A stretch of 64,000 nt of DNA from Octopus sinensis. Lineage: Eukaryota. Positions 40,503 to 53,802 of the stretch are shown here, in pieces. The position numbers and the translations under genes are program-made. The stretch is from contig NC_042999.1 of the NCBI RefSeq assembly GCF_006345805.1, positions 136,834,001 to 136,898,000 on the forward strand, in the 5' to 3' direction. Position 1 is the first letter of the stretch, and every line of letters begins with the position of its first letter. The notes under the pieces are model-generated. The model made no database searches. It saw only the letters and a program-made list of their open reading frames with translations, and was not told where the DNA came from.

Positions 40503-42386
40503 CTTTGATAGGTTTCGGCCATTATTGGCCCAGGCCATGTCTAACTTAATAGCACCACCTGGTGAAGTCTTTCAAGTCAGAATTTGGGCACTATGGCCCA
40601 CTCAAGTAGAGAGTTATTGTTTACAGAGACATATCCGGGTGTAGGGGGTTTATCCGGGATTTCTTGAAGGAATCTGTCCAAAGACTTCTTGAACCCTATA
40701 GGGTTAGTTTCTGTTTTAATGTGTTTTGGTGTAATGTTAAAGAGAGCGGGGCCAATTGAGGTGAAATAATTGTGCCGTATTGTTTTTTGAGATGAGAGTG
40801 CGATTTTTGTTTTGGGCGGATGGCACGGGGCCCAAGCCTTGGATGTACCTTAAAGGTGATGCCAACATCATTTGGGCAATGCTGATGGAATATTTTCCAC
40901 ATCATGCAGATGATGTAGCGCTCACGACGACGTTGGAGAGAATAAAGTTTTAACTTTTCTAGTCGACCCCAATAGTCGAGGCCTGTCATGCCATCTATCT
41001 TTTTTGTGATTGCCCTTTGAGGTGCTTCAACTTTTATGATACTTTGTTTTGTGTGGAGAGACCACAGTGGACAACAGTATTCAAGGTGGGGTCGGGCAAA
41101 AGTGGAGAAGAGAAGGATAATGGTGTGGATATCTCTCGACTGGAAAGTTCTGAGAATCCAGGAACACATTCTGCGGGCCATGTCAACTTTGGTGTTTATA
41201 TGAGTGGCCCAGCTTATGTTGTTGTCCACAATTACTCCCAAGTCTCTGATGTTGTTGGATGCCACGAGAGTTTCACCTGAAGGAAGGGTGTATGGGAGTT
41301 TCAGGGCATCCTCTTTTCCAAAGTGGATTAACTCAAATTTATCCTCGTTCAGCAGCATATTGTTTTTTTCTGCCATTGGATAACAGCCAGTAGATCTGAC
41401 TGAAGGCATGTCCGGTCACTCGCCTCATTTATGACCTTCTGTAGCTTGGAATCATCTGCAAAGATTTTATGTTGCTGTGCTTGATGATGTCATTAATGTA
41501 GATGATGAAAAGAAGTGGGCCCAGCACAGTGCCTTGCGGAACGCCACTACTGACTTTGGCTGGGCTTGATTTTACCCCTTCAACTACATGTTGAGATCTG
41601 TCTGTCAGGAAACACTTGATCCATTTCAGTAACTTTCCAGAGACACCAATGTTGGATAGTTTTTTCAATAGGATCTTGTGATCAACCCTGTTGAATGCCT
41701 TACTGAAATCAAGGTAGATGACATCGGTGTTGGAGCCCTCTCCCAAAGCTCTCAAAATGTCATCAAAGTGATGCAGGAGCTGCGTTAGGCAGTCCCTTCC
41801 ATTACGGAACCCATGTTGGTTAGAGATCAGCCGCCTGTTGCTTTCCAGAAAATTGGGTTATTCGAGATCTCACCACCCTCTCAAATACCTTGATGATATG
41901 AGAGGTGAGTGAGATCGGACGGTAGTTCACTGCAAGGGACTTGTTTTCCCTTTTTGAAAACTGGGACAACAGACTGGGACAGAAGGTTTTTTGGAATATA
42001 GCCAGCATCCAGTGAGTTTCTCCCAGATTAGCAAGGGGAGATGCAAGTTGGTGTCGACACACCTTCAGGACACAAGCAGGGAACCTATCGGGGCCTACTG
42101 CTGAATTGTGTTTTATTTCGTTTATCGCCACTAAGACATCAGGGGCACTAAACGTTATGTCCGATATAGTGTGTTGGGGGTTGACATCACTGATACAGCC
42201 CAGATCGGCCATATCAGGATTGCTGAAAACAGAGCAGTATTGTTTCTGCAGTATCTCGGCCATGGATTTGGCATTATCTTGGAGAGTGCCAGTTTCATCA
42301 ATTAGAGGGCCAACAATGGAGACAGTGACCCTGCGTTTCCTCGCAAATGAAAAGAACACTTTGGGGTTGAGTTTGATTTTTTCAAT
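40503..42386 (-). mobile_element. CR1-like LINE, 5'-truncated RT pseudogene (~1.9 kb)
   Basis: Frameshifted ORF pieces: [60 protein letters not shown] broken by a frameshift, RDLGVIVD, RPHLEYCCPLWS, LYSLQRRRERY. No endonuclease or 5' end. Confidence 0.93.
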
Positions 42387-42530
42387 ATATATGTATATAT
42401 TTATTTATATATGTATATATATGTATATATTTATTTATATATGTATATATTTATTTATATATATATTTATGTATATATATATTTATGTATTTATGTATAT
42501 ATATATTTATGTATATATATATTTATGTAT

Positions 42531-43141
42531 AAAGACCTGGCAGTACAAGTGAGTCCAGCCCACTTATGCATGCCTTTCCTCCCTTGGACACACAAAGACC
42601 TGTTGAGGCAAGCGAAGTCGATATCGAACCTCATCCGACGACAGGCACCTATGCCAACCCCCCTTTGCTTGCGAAGACCTGTTGGGGCAAGTGAAATCGG
42701 AATCGAAATTGAACCAATCCTATGACTGGCACCTGGCAGATGCCAGGACCCCTGGACTGGAGATACGTAAAAAGCACTATCCAAATCGTGGCCGATGCCA
42801 GCACCGCCTCAACTGGCTTCCGTGTCGGTGGCACGTAAAAAGCACCATCCGAATCGTGGCCGAAGCCAGTGCCGCCTCGACTGGCTTCTGTGCAGGTGGC
42901 ACGTAAAATGCACCAATCCAACCGTGGCCGATGCCAGCCTCGCCTGGCACCAGTGCAGGTGGCATGTAAAAAGCACCCACTACACTCACAGAGTGGTTGG
43001 CGTTAGGAAGGGCATCCAGCTGTAGAAACATTGCCAGATAAGACCGGAGCCTGGTGCAGCCTTCTGGCTTTCCAAATCCCAGGTCAAACTGTCCAACCCA
43101 TGCTAGCATGGAGAACGGACGTTAAACGATGATGATGATGA

Positions 43142-43146
<5 letters not shown>
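42531..43146 (+). mobile_element. Family D retroelement, long form with internal ~68-bp tandem repeats
   Basis: (C/T)GTAAAA.GCAC recurs at 42766, 42834, 42902 and 42965; ends GGACGTTAAAC(GAT)n. Confidence 0.82.
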
Positions 43147-43181
<35 letters not shown>

Positions 43182-43205
43182 CATATATATATATATATAC
43201 ATATA

Positions 43206-43290
43206 TTGAAAGACTCGCCAGGTGGTGCTGTTAGTCAGACATGGCCTGGGCCAATACTGGCCAAAACCTTTCTGAGTTATTCTAAGTTAT
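43206..43290 (+). mobile_element. CR1-like 3' terminus only (~85 bp)
   Basis: Roughly 85% identical by eye to the reverse complement of 40503-40575. Ends in ttctgagtta ttctaagtta, a short terminal repeat. Confidence 0.85.
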
Positions 43291-43395
43291 ATATGTATAT
43301 ATGTATATATGTGTATATCTATATATGTATATGTATATATATATGTATGTATATATGTATATGTTTATATATATGTATTTATATATATATATATA

Positions 43396-43430
<35 letters not shown>

Positions 43431-43609
43431 TTATGTGTATATATATATATATATGTATATATATGTATATGTGTATATATATATATGTATATGTGTATAT
43501 ATATATGTATATATATGTATATGTGTATATATATATATGTATATATATGTATATGTGTATATATATATATATGTATATATATGTATATGTGTATATATAT
43601 ATATATATA

Positions 43610-43660
<51 letters not shown>

Positions 43661-43732
43661 ATATATATATATGTATGTATGTGTGTGTATATATATATAT
43701 GTATGTATGTGTGTATATATATATATATGTGT

Positions 43733-43769
<37 letters not shown>

Positions 43770-43782
43770 ATATATATATGTA

Positions 43783-43825
<43 letters not shown>
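43291..43825. repeat. TA/TG microsatellite array
   Basis: Read directly. Confidence 0.97.
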
Positions 43826-46800
43826 ACATACACTTAAGACAGGTGTTGTCAGAAGAAAATTTGGCTATCTGTTGGTAAGCTTACTAAACACAGCTCGCAG
43901 TTACAATATTGAAGCAGGACTTCTATTAATGCCACCATCTGTCATGCCTTCAGAATGTAAACACAGGCATCAGTTACTGTTGTTGTTTTTTTTTACATAG
44001 TTTCATTTTTAAGGGGTTTGATATTTGAAAGCAATTTCCTATTCAATTTTTATTTTATTTTTCATTTTGATAATTTTCCAGATACATTCTATTGACTTTA
44101 TCCTCTTTTACTGTTTCATTTCTGCTGTTGTTATTTAGCACCCAAGTCAGTCAGAAAATGTGATAGTTTTTAGTAAACAATATTAAATACATATATAAAT
44201 GATGACTGTGTTGATTTCACACAAGGTGATCACTTATGGCCTACACTAGTAAAATTTAGAGGTTATTTCCAAATTTATTATTTTCTTCCATGAACTCCAA
44301 TCTAGTTTATGCAGCAATTATAATAAATCTGACCAAACTTCCTTGTCTCCCCACATTGTAATACTTGAGAAAAGTCAATGAATATTATGTACAAGATATA
44401 ACTTTTCTGGGACTTCAGTGCCCTTATACACAAATGCATTTTGTACATGAATATAAATAGTTTTCATATATTTTAAAAATTATGTACTAAATTTAGTAAT
44501 ATGTTTCTCAGAAGAAAGTTAAATTAATTGAATAATTAAGTATTTTGATTTTTGGTGCTTTGACATAGTAGGGAAGTTTAAAGAGATAAAAGCCAAGAAG
44601 TTACTTGGTAGTAAGGAAGGATATTACATGTCATTAAAGGGTCACTGGAAATCTTGTAAAATAGTTTTATAAATCTCTGGCTATTCTTGAAGTCATTCAT
44701 AGGCAGACATAATATTTTTTTAGTCTACTGATTATAACAATTTTTGTATTCACATCATATAGACTATTATCTATGTTTATGTTTTTCATCTATGGTCTGT
44801 CAATTAGTTTCTTTGTAATAGAAAGCAGATGCCAATTATTTTCTTTGTAAGGAGGATTTTAATGGAGAGATACCCCATATATATTGGTCTCTTTCTCTCT
44901 CTTGTACCACTGTACATTGTCAATAGAGTAGGTTATTACTATCAAGATACAGATACTTTTTTCCTGCTGTATATAGATGATATTTTCTTGTTTTTAATTT
45001 ATTCCTCACCAATAAATTTTTGAAGATTGTGAGTTTTTAAATATTTAATATTTTTGAGTAAATAAAGTTAGGAGTTACTGGAAAAGAAGAAAAAGTGTAA
45101 TCTGTAGAGTTTTCAGATGTAACTTTCTTTTCTTTCATGAGAGAGTTTATAGTTGAACTTTGTTTCAGGAAAATGAATTACTGAATAGCATAAAACTAGT
45201 CAAATTATTGTTAATCAACATGTGTATTTTCACCAGTGAAAAAGAAATTTTTTCTGAAAAATTCAGCTTTGTATAATTTTATGATATTATCATACTCAAA
45301 TAGCTATAACTATCTTAATACATGTATTAAGATAATCATAGCAATCTTTTAGGTGCTGTTTCAGATATACATATCCGAATTTGTATATAAAAAACATTAT
45401 TGTAATTTGTTATGTGCTGTCTGATACATACAGTCAAAGTAACTGTATAGCTTAGAATTCATAGCTTACAAAGCAGAAATGTATACAACAGATAACATTT
45501 CCATGAAATACCGTTGCCAGTACCGCCTGACTGGCCCTCATGCCAGTGGCACATAAAAGCACCCACTACACTCTCGAAGTGGTTGGCGTTAGGAAGGGCA
45601 TCCAGCTGTAGAAACTCTGCCAGGTCAGATTGGAACCTGGTGCAGCCATCTGGTTTGACAGTCCTCAGTCAAATCATTCAACCCATGCTAGCATGGAAAG
45701 CGGATGTTAAAGGATGATGATGATGATGACTGTTCTGAATATTCTCGTTTGAAGGAATTACATAGTCATATTTATCCCTCCTTAAAGTAAATTATTGTGG
45801 GATCAACTGTCTGAAATATCACCAGATCAGAACATTACCAAACAAATTTAATTTGTTTCTGCTTAAATTTTTAAATGAATACAATAATACTGATTTGTTT
45901 TGAGCATACTCAAAAATTATGTTCTACCTTAACATTTTTTAAATAAAATTGATAATAGATTTTTGAAATATTCATTTAAAATAAATTAAAATAAACCATT
46001 TCATAATTGGATCACACTTGATAAACATTTTAAATGTTTTAGAATTGAACAGTTTTATCATAAACTAAAAATTAATATTGCAAACAAATTGATAGGAAAA
46101 AAGAATGACCTAAATATAAAGTACTAGCTTTTGAAATTTTGACTCCCTCTCATTCTGTATCATCTTAAAGGAGTTTTCTACTTGAAATATTGAATTTACT
46201 TCATTATGTAAGCTTTACAATAATTTAATTTAAAGATCATACATAAAATTATATGACTTCAAATTATAAGTTCTTAAAATCAAATAAAAATATTTAAATA
46301 ATCAAAATATATTCTTTCTTTAATACATATAAATATATAATTTTGTCTTAGAAAATGTAAGATTTTAGTTTATTGTCATTATTTCTGTGCAAGTATGGCA
46401 AAATGAATGTTAAAATTGTGAATGGGATTGAAGGCTGGGATATATATTAAGTCTCCATTGACTGACCCTTTTACCTATTCTGTACCCTCTTATCTCTCTA
46501 TTTCCTCCTCTTCTAAGCCATGCCATCCATCATATTCTCTAACCACTGAACATATCTATGAGTACCCATCACTAACCCTCTCTCTCTTTCTTACTGAGAA
46601 ACTTAATTATCCCTAGTGTGTGTCTCCCATCATCATTGCCTGAGTAATGAGCAATTGCATCAGATCTACTCATATATGATGCACCTCACTATTTCTTTTT
46701 ATGTTACATACCATCACTCTCTCTCTGATCACTCTTATATTGATATCCATCAGTCTCTTACAATCACCTTCTCACTTGTGTCACTTGTGCTTCTTTTTAC

Positions 46801-48577
46801 AAGCTAATATTACCCACCCTACATGTATACACACACTTTTATACTGCTAGTCGTCACTCCCTCCTTCCTAGATCACTCAATACTGACATCCCTTGCACTT
46901 TCTTAAAACTGACCATGTCTACAACCATCCATCATTCATGTTACTATTTGTGCCTCTCTCCCATTTACCTGTGCAATTTATTCCTCTAACATTCTCATTT
47001 ATCCATCTTTTTCCATATCATTACTCCAATCTGGCATTTTTCCTTCCCCAATCATACTCTTTGTTGCTTCTTTCTCCCTCTCACTTAGTTCATCTTCTGC
47101 AATTGCCCTTTCTTCTACCCACTCTTTTGGTTTTTGTATATTTCACTACGGCTAGTGTCACAATGAAATGCATCCAGTACTTTTCATTAAGTGGTTAACA
47201 AACAAGTTACTCTTGTCTTGTTGAGGACATGACAACATATCAAGTGCTAATTTCATGTAAAATTGCACCTAGTACATTCTGTAAAATAGTTGGTATTAAG
47301 AGGGGCATCCAGCCTTAGAAACCAAGCTAAAATACAATGTAACAATAAGACAATGCCCCTAACAATGCCAAGAAGAGCTGTCACTCTGAATAAGAACTGA
47401 CTTGGATCATAATGGTCTGTCCAACACTTGCCAGTATGGGAAGTACACATAATATAATATTTATATCAAGACCTCTATCAGAATTTATGATCACTTCATA
47501 TTTTCAAACAAAACCATTGCTTGACTTGAAAAATGATATCACAAAAGAAAATGTTCAAACTCACTATTTCAGAATGTTATAAAATTGTTAATGTTATTCA
47601 GCCTTAAGACAACTTTGATCTGCCAGACCTACAATCAAGGATATTTCGGTCTTTGCTTTAATGTCAGTCTTTGTCATCCAAATATTCCTCTTTTAAGATT
47701 GTAAGATTTCATTTGAGCATGATTTGGTTGCTATTTCTTGCTGATCATATGAAGGCATGGAAGTTCCTTCATTGGCTCATTACCAAATAGCTTCTTAGTG
47801 CCTATAGTAGCTGCATAGCAAACTTACAGAGCTATTGCTAGAAATTTTCAGATCATTTTATTAATGCCTACTTCTTCATAACAGTTTGGATTGGATAGGT
47901 TTACCTTATAGTGGTTTCTTCAGGTATTTTGTGTCTTCTCTTCTACAAGAGCCAATATTTGCAAACCTGACTTTCTTACTATTCCAAGTCTGCCAACAAT
48001 TCATAATATTTTTAGAATCACCATATATTCATTCCAAATATTGTTGCCTTAAATAATATTTTAAACCTTAATTTCTATATACACTTTTCTCCTATTATCA
48101 CCAGTGTTAAAAATAAAATGTTAGCTAATTACATTTGCAATAGATTATCATCATATTATTTTGTTAAATATTAAATATATTACTTATAAATTTAATGAAA
48201 TATCTGTTAATAAATATGTTAACATCTTTCATAAAATTTATAATATTTATTCTTACTGTTTCTATAAATATCATTTTTTCTCTTTCTCTCCCATACACAC
48301 AGGCATATATGTATACAAAGCTAATTAATTTGTTGTTAATCATATTGTTTTAAGATAAGGATTATCATAGTAAAAAGAAATTGTACATTTTCCCTTTGGA
48401 ATAAAAATCATTAAATGCTATGGTATATTAAAAGTCTTAAAAATTGAACAATTTTGCCACTCAGAATATTTGGAAAGCAGACGTTAAACGACGATGATGA
48501 TGAACATCTATAATTAAAGAAAGTAGTGTTCTTTTTCAGCCTGTTGTATCTCATATTTGTGAAATCTTTGTTTTTTC

Positions 48578-48681
<104 letters not shown>

Positions 48682-49650
48682 ACATATTTTCAAGATATTA
48701 CCTAATTACAAGCTAAAAATGGGCAAAAATAATTGTTGGATACAACCTGAGGTCATATATTGTTCCCTTCACTTAAATACTGCCCTATTTATTAAGTGAC
48801 ATTATTAGCAAGCAAATAATTCCAAATATATTTAGTTTCCATTTTAGGATATTTTTTTGTTTTCATTTATTATTATTTTTATTTTTTGCCACTTTAACCT
48901 TTCTTTCCTTTTTGCTAAATGTATCTATTTTCATTCTTGTTGATAAACTGAGAAACATAGAACTGTTCAAATCTGCTGCAATCATTGATTTTATGATTCC
49001 CTTCATTTCACTTCTCATTATATATTCATTTCAAACTATTTATTTTTCTAAGGTTTCTCTCCACACATTTTTCTAATGTGTATGTAATATATATGTGTGG
49101 ATAATATATAGATGTGTCTGTGTGCATGTAATGCTTGCTTGCTTTTATGTATTTTTTCCATTTTAGCAAGGGGCAGACAAATATGTGTTGAGTAAGTACT
49201 ATTTTACAGTTGGATGCCCTTTTTGTTGCTGACCTTTGCCTGTTTATCAAATAAAGAACCTTCCATTCCATTTACCTTTCAAAATACAGAACTCCCAAAT
49301 AGATTTGTTGAAGGAAAATCTCAACAAATGTCACTGTCCAGAGCTCAGCAATTACTATGTAAAGCACACAAAGTAAACATTCACATAGACACACATGCCC
49401 ATTCTTTTATATATAAGATGGGCTCTGTACAATTTCTGTCAACCATATTAACTCACAAGGCAATGGTCTTTTGTAGTAAAAGATACTTACCTACTTACAG
49501 CGGGACTGAATCCAAAACCATGTGGTTGTGCACACACATACATACAAACAAACAAACAAGTACTGGAGTTGATTCATTCGACTAAAGATTCTTCAAAGCA
49601 GTGCCCCTGTATGACTGCAGTCTAATGACTAAGACAAGTAAAAGAATATA

Positions 49651-49706
<56 letters not shown>

Positions 49707-49955
49707 CACACACAGGCATGTATGTGTGGTTAAGAAGTTCATTTCCCAACCACATGACTTCATGTTCAGCCCCATCATGCAGCACTTGGGTAAGTGTCTC
49801 TTACTATAGCTCTAGCGACAGAAAAGGCATTTGGTTGTATACTTTAGTAATATATACATCTCACTCATCCTAGCAGGGGAAAAATGGACATAAAAATGAA
49901 TAAACGAACATATATATATATATTCTGTAAATAATAATGGTAATAATTATAAGCT

Positions 49956-50144
49956 TATAAGCAATCACCCTGTCATTACTAAAGAAATATTACTAATATT
50001 AGGGCACAATCCCTCAGGAAAAAGTGGGTATTCGTACAAATGGAAACTAGTACCCATGCATATTAATACCCACTTTTTTCTGTTGAGGGCTTATATGCCA
50101 CAATATTAGACTATTTACTTTAGTAAATACAGTGATTGCTTATA
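49956..50144. mobile_element. ~190-bp hairpin MITE-like element
   Basis: Arms 49956-50032 and 50065-50144 are imperfect reverse complements (TATAAGCAATCAC...GTGATTGCTTATA; AAAAAGTGGGTATT / AATACCCACTTTTT). Confidence 0.8.
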
Positions 50145-52040
50145 TACTTCCAGCTTACAATTAGTATTATTATTTACAGAATTTTCACTTGTCATTGCTT
50201 CCCCATTTAATGCATACCTATATACTGACTCATGTATGGAACACATACATTCTGAATAACAATTTAATATTCACTGCCATTTGTCAGTTTTTACAAGTAT
50301 TGATGCATACAGGGGAAAACATGCATTAAACTTGCAAAAGCTGATGAATAACAGTGAGTGTTGAATCAAGTTTGGAAACTCATAGTACTCAATGTGAGTG
50401 TTCCATCCCTGTGTCATTTAATGAATTTAGTCCTCTATTTCCAGCAGTATTGAGGTCTACTTTTGCTGTTACACATGTGGGTTGTTGGTATATGTTTTTA
50501 GTTGTACAAGCAAGAAAATAAAAAACACTCAAATGCATGTGAAGTTTAAATTATTCAAAGCAGAAGTTTCATTAAACTGCTCCTGTGAGTTTCCCTATTG
50601 CATGATGCAGTGAGTTTGTATTTGTGTGTACATATATACTTGTACACACAGACACACATTTCATTCCGTATCTTGCAAGTGATTCTCAGTGGAACTACAA
50701 AATATACACTGGAATTTGAACCTGCAATCTGTGTTGATTGATCTGTAATGCTGGGAAAAAGTGTACACACTAACTGTGAACACTGTCAATATTGTGCCAA
50801 AGTTTGAGTAATGATTTACTGGAAATGACAAATTTTTAATTCCTTTATATTTTGCTAGAGTCAGATTTTAATATTGACTTCAGTTTTATGGTAATGTTTA
50901 TATTTCCAATAACAAAATTTTAATTGCTTCTTACACTTATGAGAATTGACCGAATTGAAGACATTACTATATTTCATTTTCATATTGAAGTAGATACACT
51001 TATTATTTAGGTTAACGATATAAACACACATGTAAAGAGAGAGAAAAAGAGAGAGAGATGTGTGCATTGTTTTATATACAATAGTTTAATGGGGATGGAG
51101 TATATATTGTTAATTTCTTTCTTCACTTTATATTTATCTGTTTAAAGATTTCTGCTAGAAAATGTAAAAACTATTTGGCAACATATTTTTGTTTTTCTTT
51201 ATTTTCTCTCAACTTCTGCTTGTTTTAAGGTTTATGTATTAGCAACTTTATAATCCTGAAGTATGAGGAGTGTGGATGGCCAAATTGTCAGGCTACTAGA
51301 AAACTGGGTGGGAAATCAATGGTTCATATTCTGTCATCAATATTGTCTTGCTTGGGTTTAAATACTCAACTTTCAAATGATCTAGTTTCTCTAACTGTAA
51401 ATAGGTTCCACAGAGTAGGAACAACTTACTATGAGCAGAAGCAGCAACACAGTAAAATTGACAACTGCTCTGCTCATTTACATTACGAAAGTTAAATCTT
51501 CTGTGGGCTTGAGAGGAAAATGCGATACCATACCAGCATAATCTAGGTCTCTATGTGAAGACCAATTAATTTGTTGCTTTCCAACAACCATCAGTTATAG
51601 CACTCTGATGATGACTACTGTTGTATGTACAAATACAGACTGTTGTCAGTCTCTGTTGTGTGTCTATTGTTCTAGGTAGAGTGTACCTGCATCAATTGTA
51701 GGACTGTAGGTATTCAATATCACATCAATGTTATAATACCTAATTCATTAAAATTATTAACACATTAAATTAGCCTCATTTTTGATATTTTCAGTGTCAT
51801 TAATCATAATACATTTATCATAACTACAATAATACTTTTATCATAACTTCTAATTTTTTTGATAAAAGTAAATGAGTATTCTATTGTACATGTTTTCTTT
51901 TTTTCATAACTGTATACCTACATATATATATATCACTATCAACTAGACTATTGGATGTTGTTATGTACCGCTGGTCACAATATGCTTCCTCACATTGTTC
52001 TAGCTTTTGAATGATGCTATCCCAGTAGTTGGTGGGCAGA

Positions 52041-52117
<77 letters not shown>

Positions 52118-52209
52118 TCTGTTAATAGGAAGTGCAATGTGCTGGATATCATTGGTTTCTCTCTTTTTTTTCCATTGTTCTGTTTCCTTTTGTGTGCCCG
52201 TATGTTCAG

Positions 52210-52229
52210 GTGGTGATTTTACAACAGAG
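52210..52229 (+). other. Candidate 20-nt microexon (GGDFTTE if phase 1)
   Basis: ~45-nt pyrimidine-rich tract, TGC at about -15, ttcag|GTGGTGATTTTACAACAGAG|gtaagc. No homology support. Confidence 0.3.
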
Positions 52230-53081
52230 GTAAGCAATTAAGATGGATTGAATTAGAATACAACAATTTCTGTTCCACTACACTTATCATTTGTAGTTTA
52301 ATGGGATGCACATCAGCAATGTCTGAAGATAAACATTACTGTTTCTGCTGTTTAAATTGTTCTTTTTTTTTTTTTTAATGAGTAGAAGATAAAGTGGTTG
52401 TAAGATCGACTTGTAGTAGTTCTGTCATGTTGTAGATAGATGTGTAACTATTTTAGGGTGATTTTTGCATACAGTAGTAAGGCATATAATGGTTACAGTT
52501 AGCTATGGAAATTAAGTGTATTTCCTTGATGCCAAAGAGGTCTTTTATTTTGAGTGTTTTTGTTTTATTATGCGAGTAGTCTATGGGTGTTGTGCATATA
52601 TACAGCCCGAAGTGATGTACTCTGTTATGTTCTTTGTCAGTAGTTCTGGTGTAATTCATGATATGACAGGTTTTATGTATTATTTACACACTTATGTTGT
52701 CTCTTTGCGTTGGCCAAATGTTGTTGTCTGAGCATCCTAAGTGTTGTTTTGTTTCTTTCTTGATTGTATCTGTTCAGTGTGATGTGAATGTTGTTGAGAT
52801 ATTATATGTAATTCTTAGTATTTTGTTCATTATGCATGGTATGATTATGTTAAGTGTGATGGTTGGTTATATTTGATATTCTTTGTTGTCGTTGATAGTA
52901 GTGAATTTATTAGATGCTGCTTTAGTTTATTTCTTTGTAACCAGGTTTCTAAGTGGATATGTATTGTTGTGTTCATCAAATTGTAGTAAAGTGTAATTGT
53001 GATGTTATCTGTGTGTGAGGCTATCTTTACAGTTTATAGAGTGGATTTATTAGATGAAAACTGAAAGTCGTGTTATATATA

Positions 53082-53413
53082 TGGTTTAGTGGTTAGAGCA
53101 TTGGGCTCACAAGCATGAGGTAGTGAGTTTGATTCCTGGACCAGGCTGTGTGTTTGTGTTCTTGAGCAAGATGCTTTATTTCATGTTGTTCCAGTTCACA
53201 CAGCTGTAGAAATGAGCTGTGATGTCACTGGTGCCAAGCTGTATCAGCCTTTGCCTTTCACTTGGATAACATCAGTGACATGGAGAGGGGAGGCTGGTAT
53301 GCATGCATGGGAGACTGCTGGTCTTCCATAAACAACCTTGTCTAGGCTTATGCTTTGGAGGGTAAGTTTCTCGGTGCAATCCCATGGTCATACATGACCA
53401 AAGGGGGTCTTTA
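53082..53413 (+). mobile_element. tRNA-derived SINE family C
   Basis: A-box-like TGGTTTAGTGG, B-box-like GAGTTTGATTCC, then TCTTGAGCAAG...CTTTATTTCA and a distinct body. Confidence 0.75.
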
Positions 53414-53771
53414 AATATATATATATACACACATACACACACACATGTAGTGGGTGATGTGTGTGTGTGTGTCCCATTGTCTCTATATCATGGTTGTGAA
53501 CCAGTGTTGTTCATTTGCAGCCTTCCAAGAAGGTGATGCCCCTGCATGACTGCAGTCATAGGACTGAAAATAGTAATAGAGTCTCATGAAGGCAATGACA
53601 AGTGACCGAGACTTTTGGTTATTTACTGTGCTTTAGAAAACACATCAAGCTAAGTGAAGACGTTTTGGCCAGTGTCAGTGACACATGAAAGGCATCCATG
53701 CCAGTGACACATAAAAGACACCTGGTACACTTTGTGGAATGGTTGACATTAGGATGATGATGATGAGTAAA

Positions 53772-53802
<31 letters not shown>

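Noticed and set aside
43843-43874. Exon-like segment ending CTGTTG|gtaagc
   Set aside because: No polypyrimidine tract and the peptide does not fit the expected linker.
22355-43878. Long ORFs (up to 747 aa) of YI/MY/CV/TH repeats
   Set aside because: They are translations of TA/TG microsatellites, which lack stop codons; there is no coding signal.
44829-45023. YIDDIF, resembling an RT catalytic motif
   Set aside because: Isolated hexapeptide in AT-rich sequence; flanking RT motifs are not recoverable by eye.
52120-52241. Hydrophobic reading (IIGFSLFFPLFCFLLCARMFR / GDFTTE) resembling the Caspr TM and 4.1-binding motif
   Set aside because: The hydrophobicity comes from the polypyrimidine tract, the two pieces are in different frames, and the basic RHK motif is absent.
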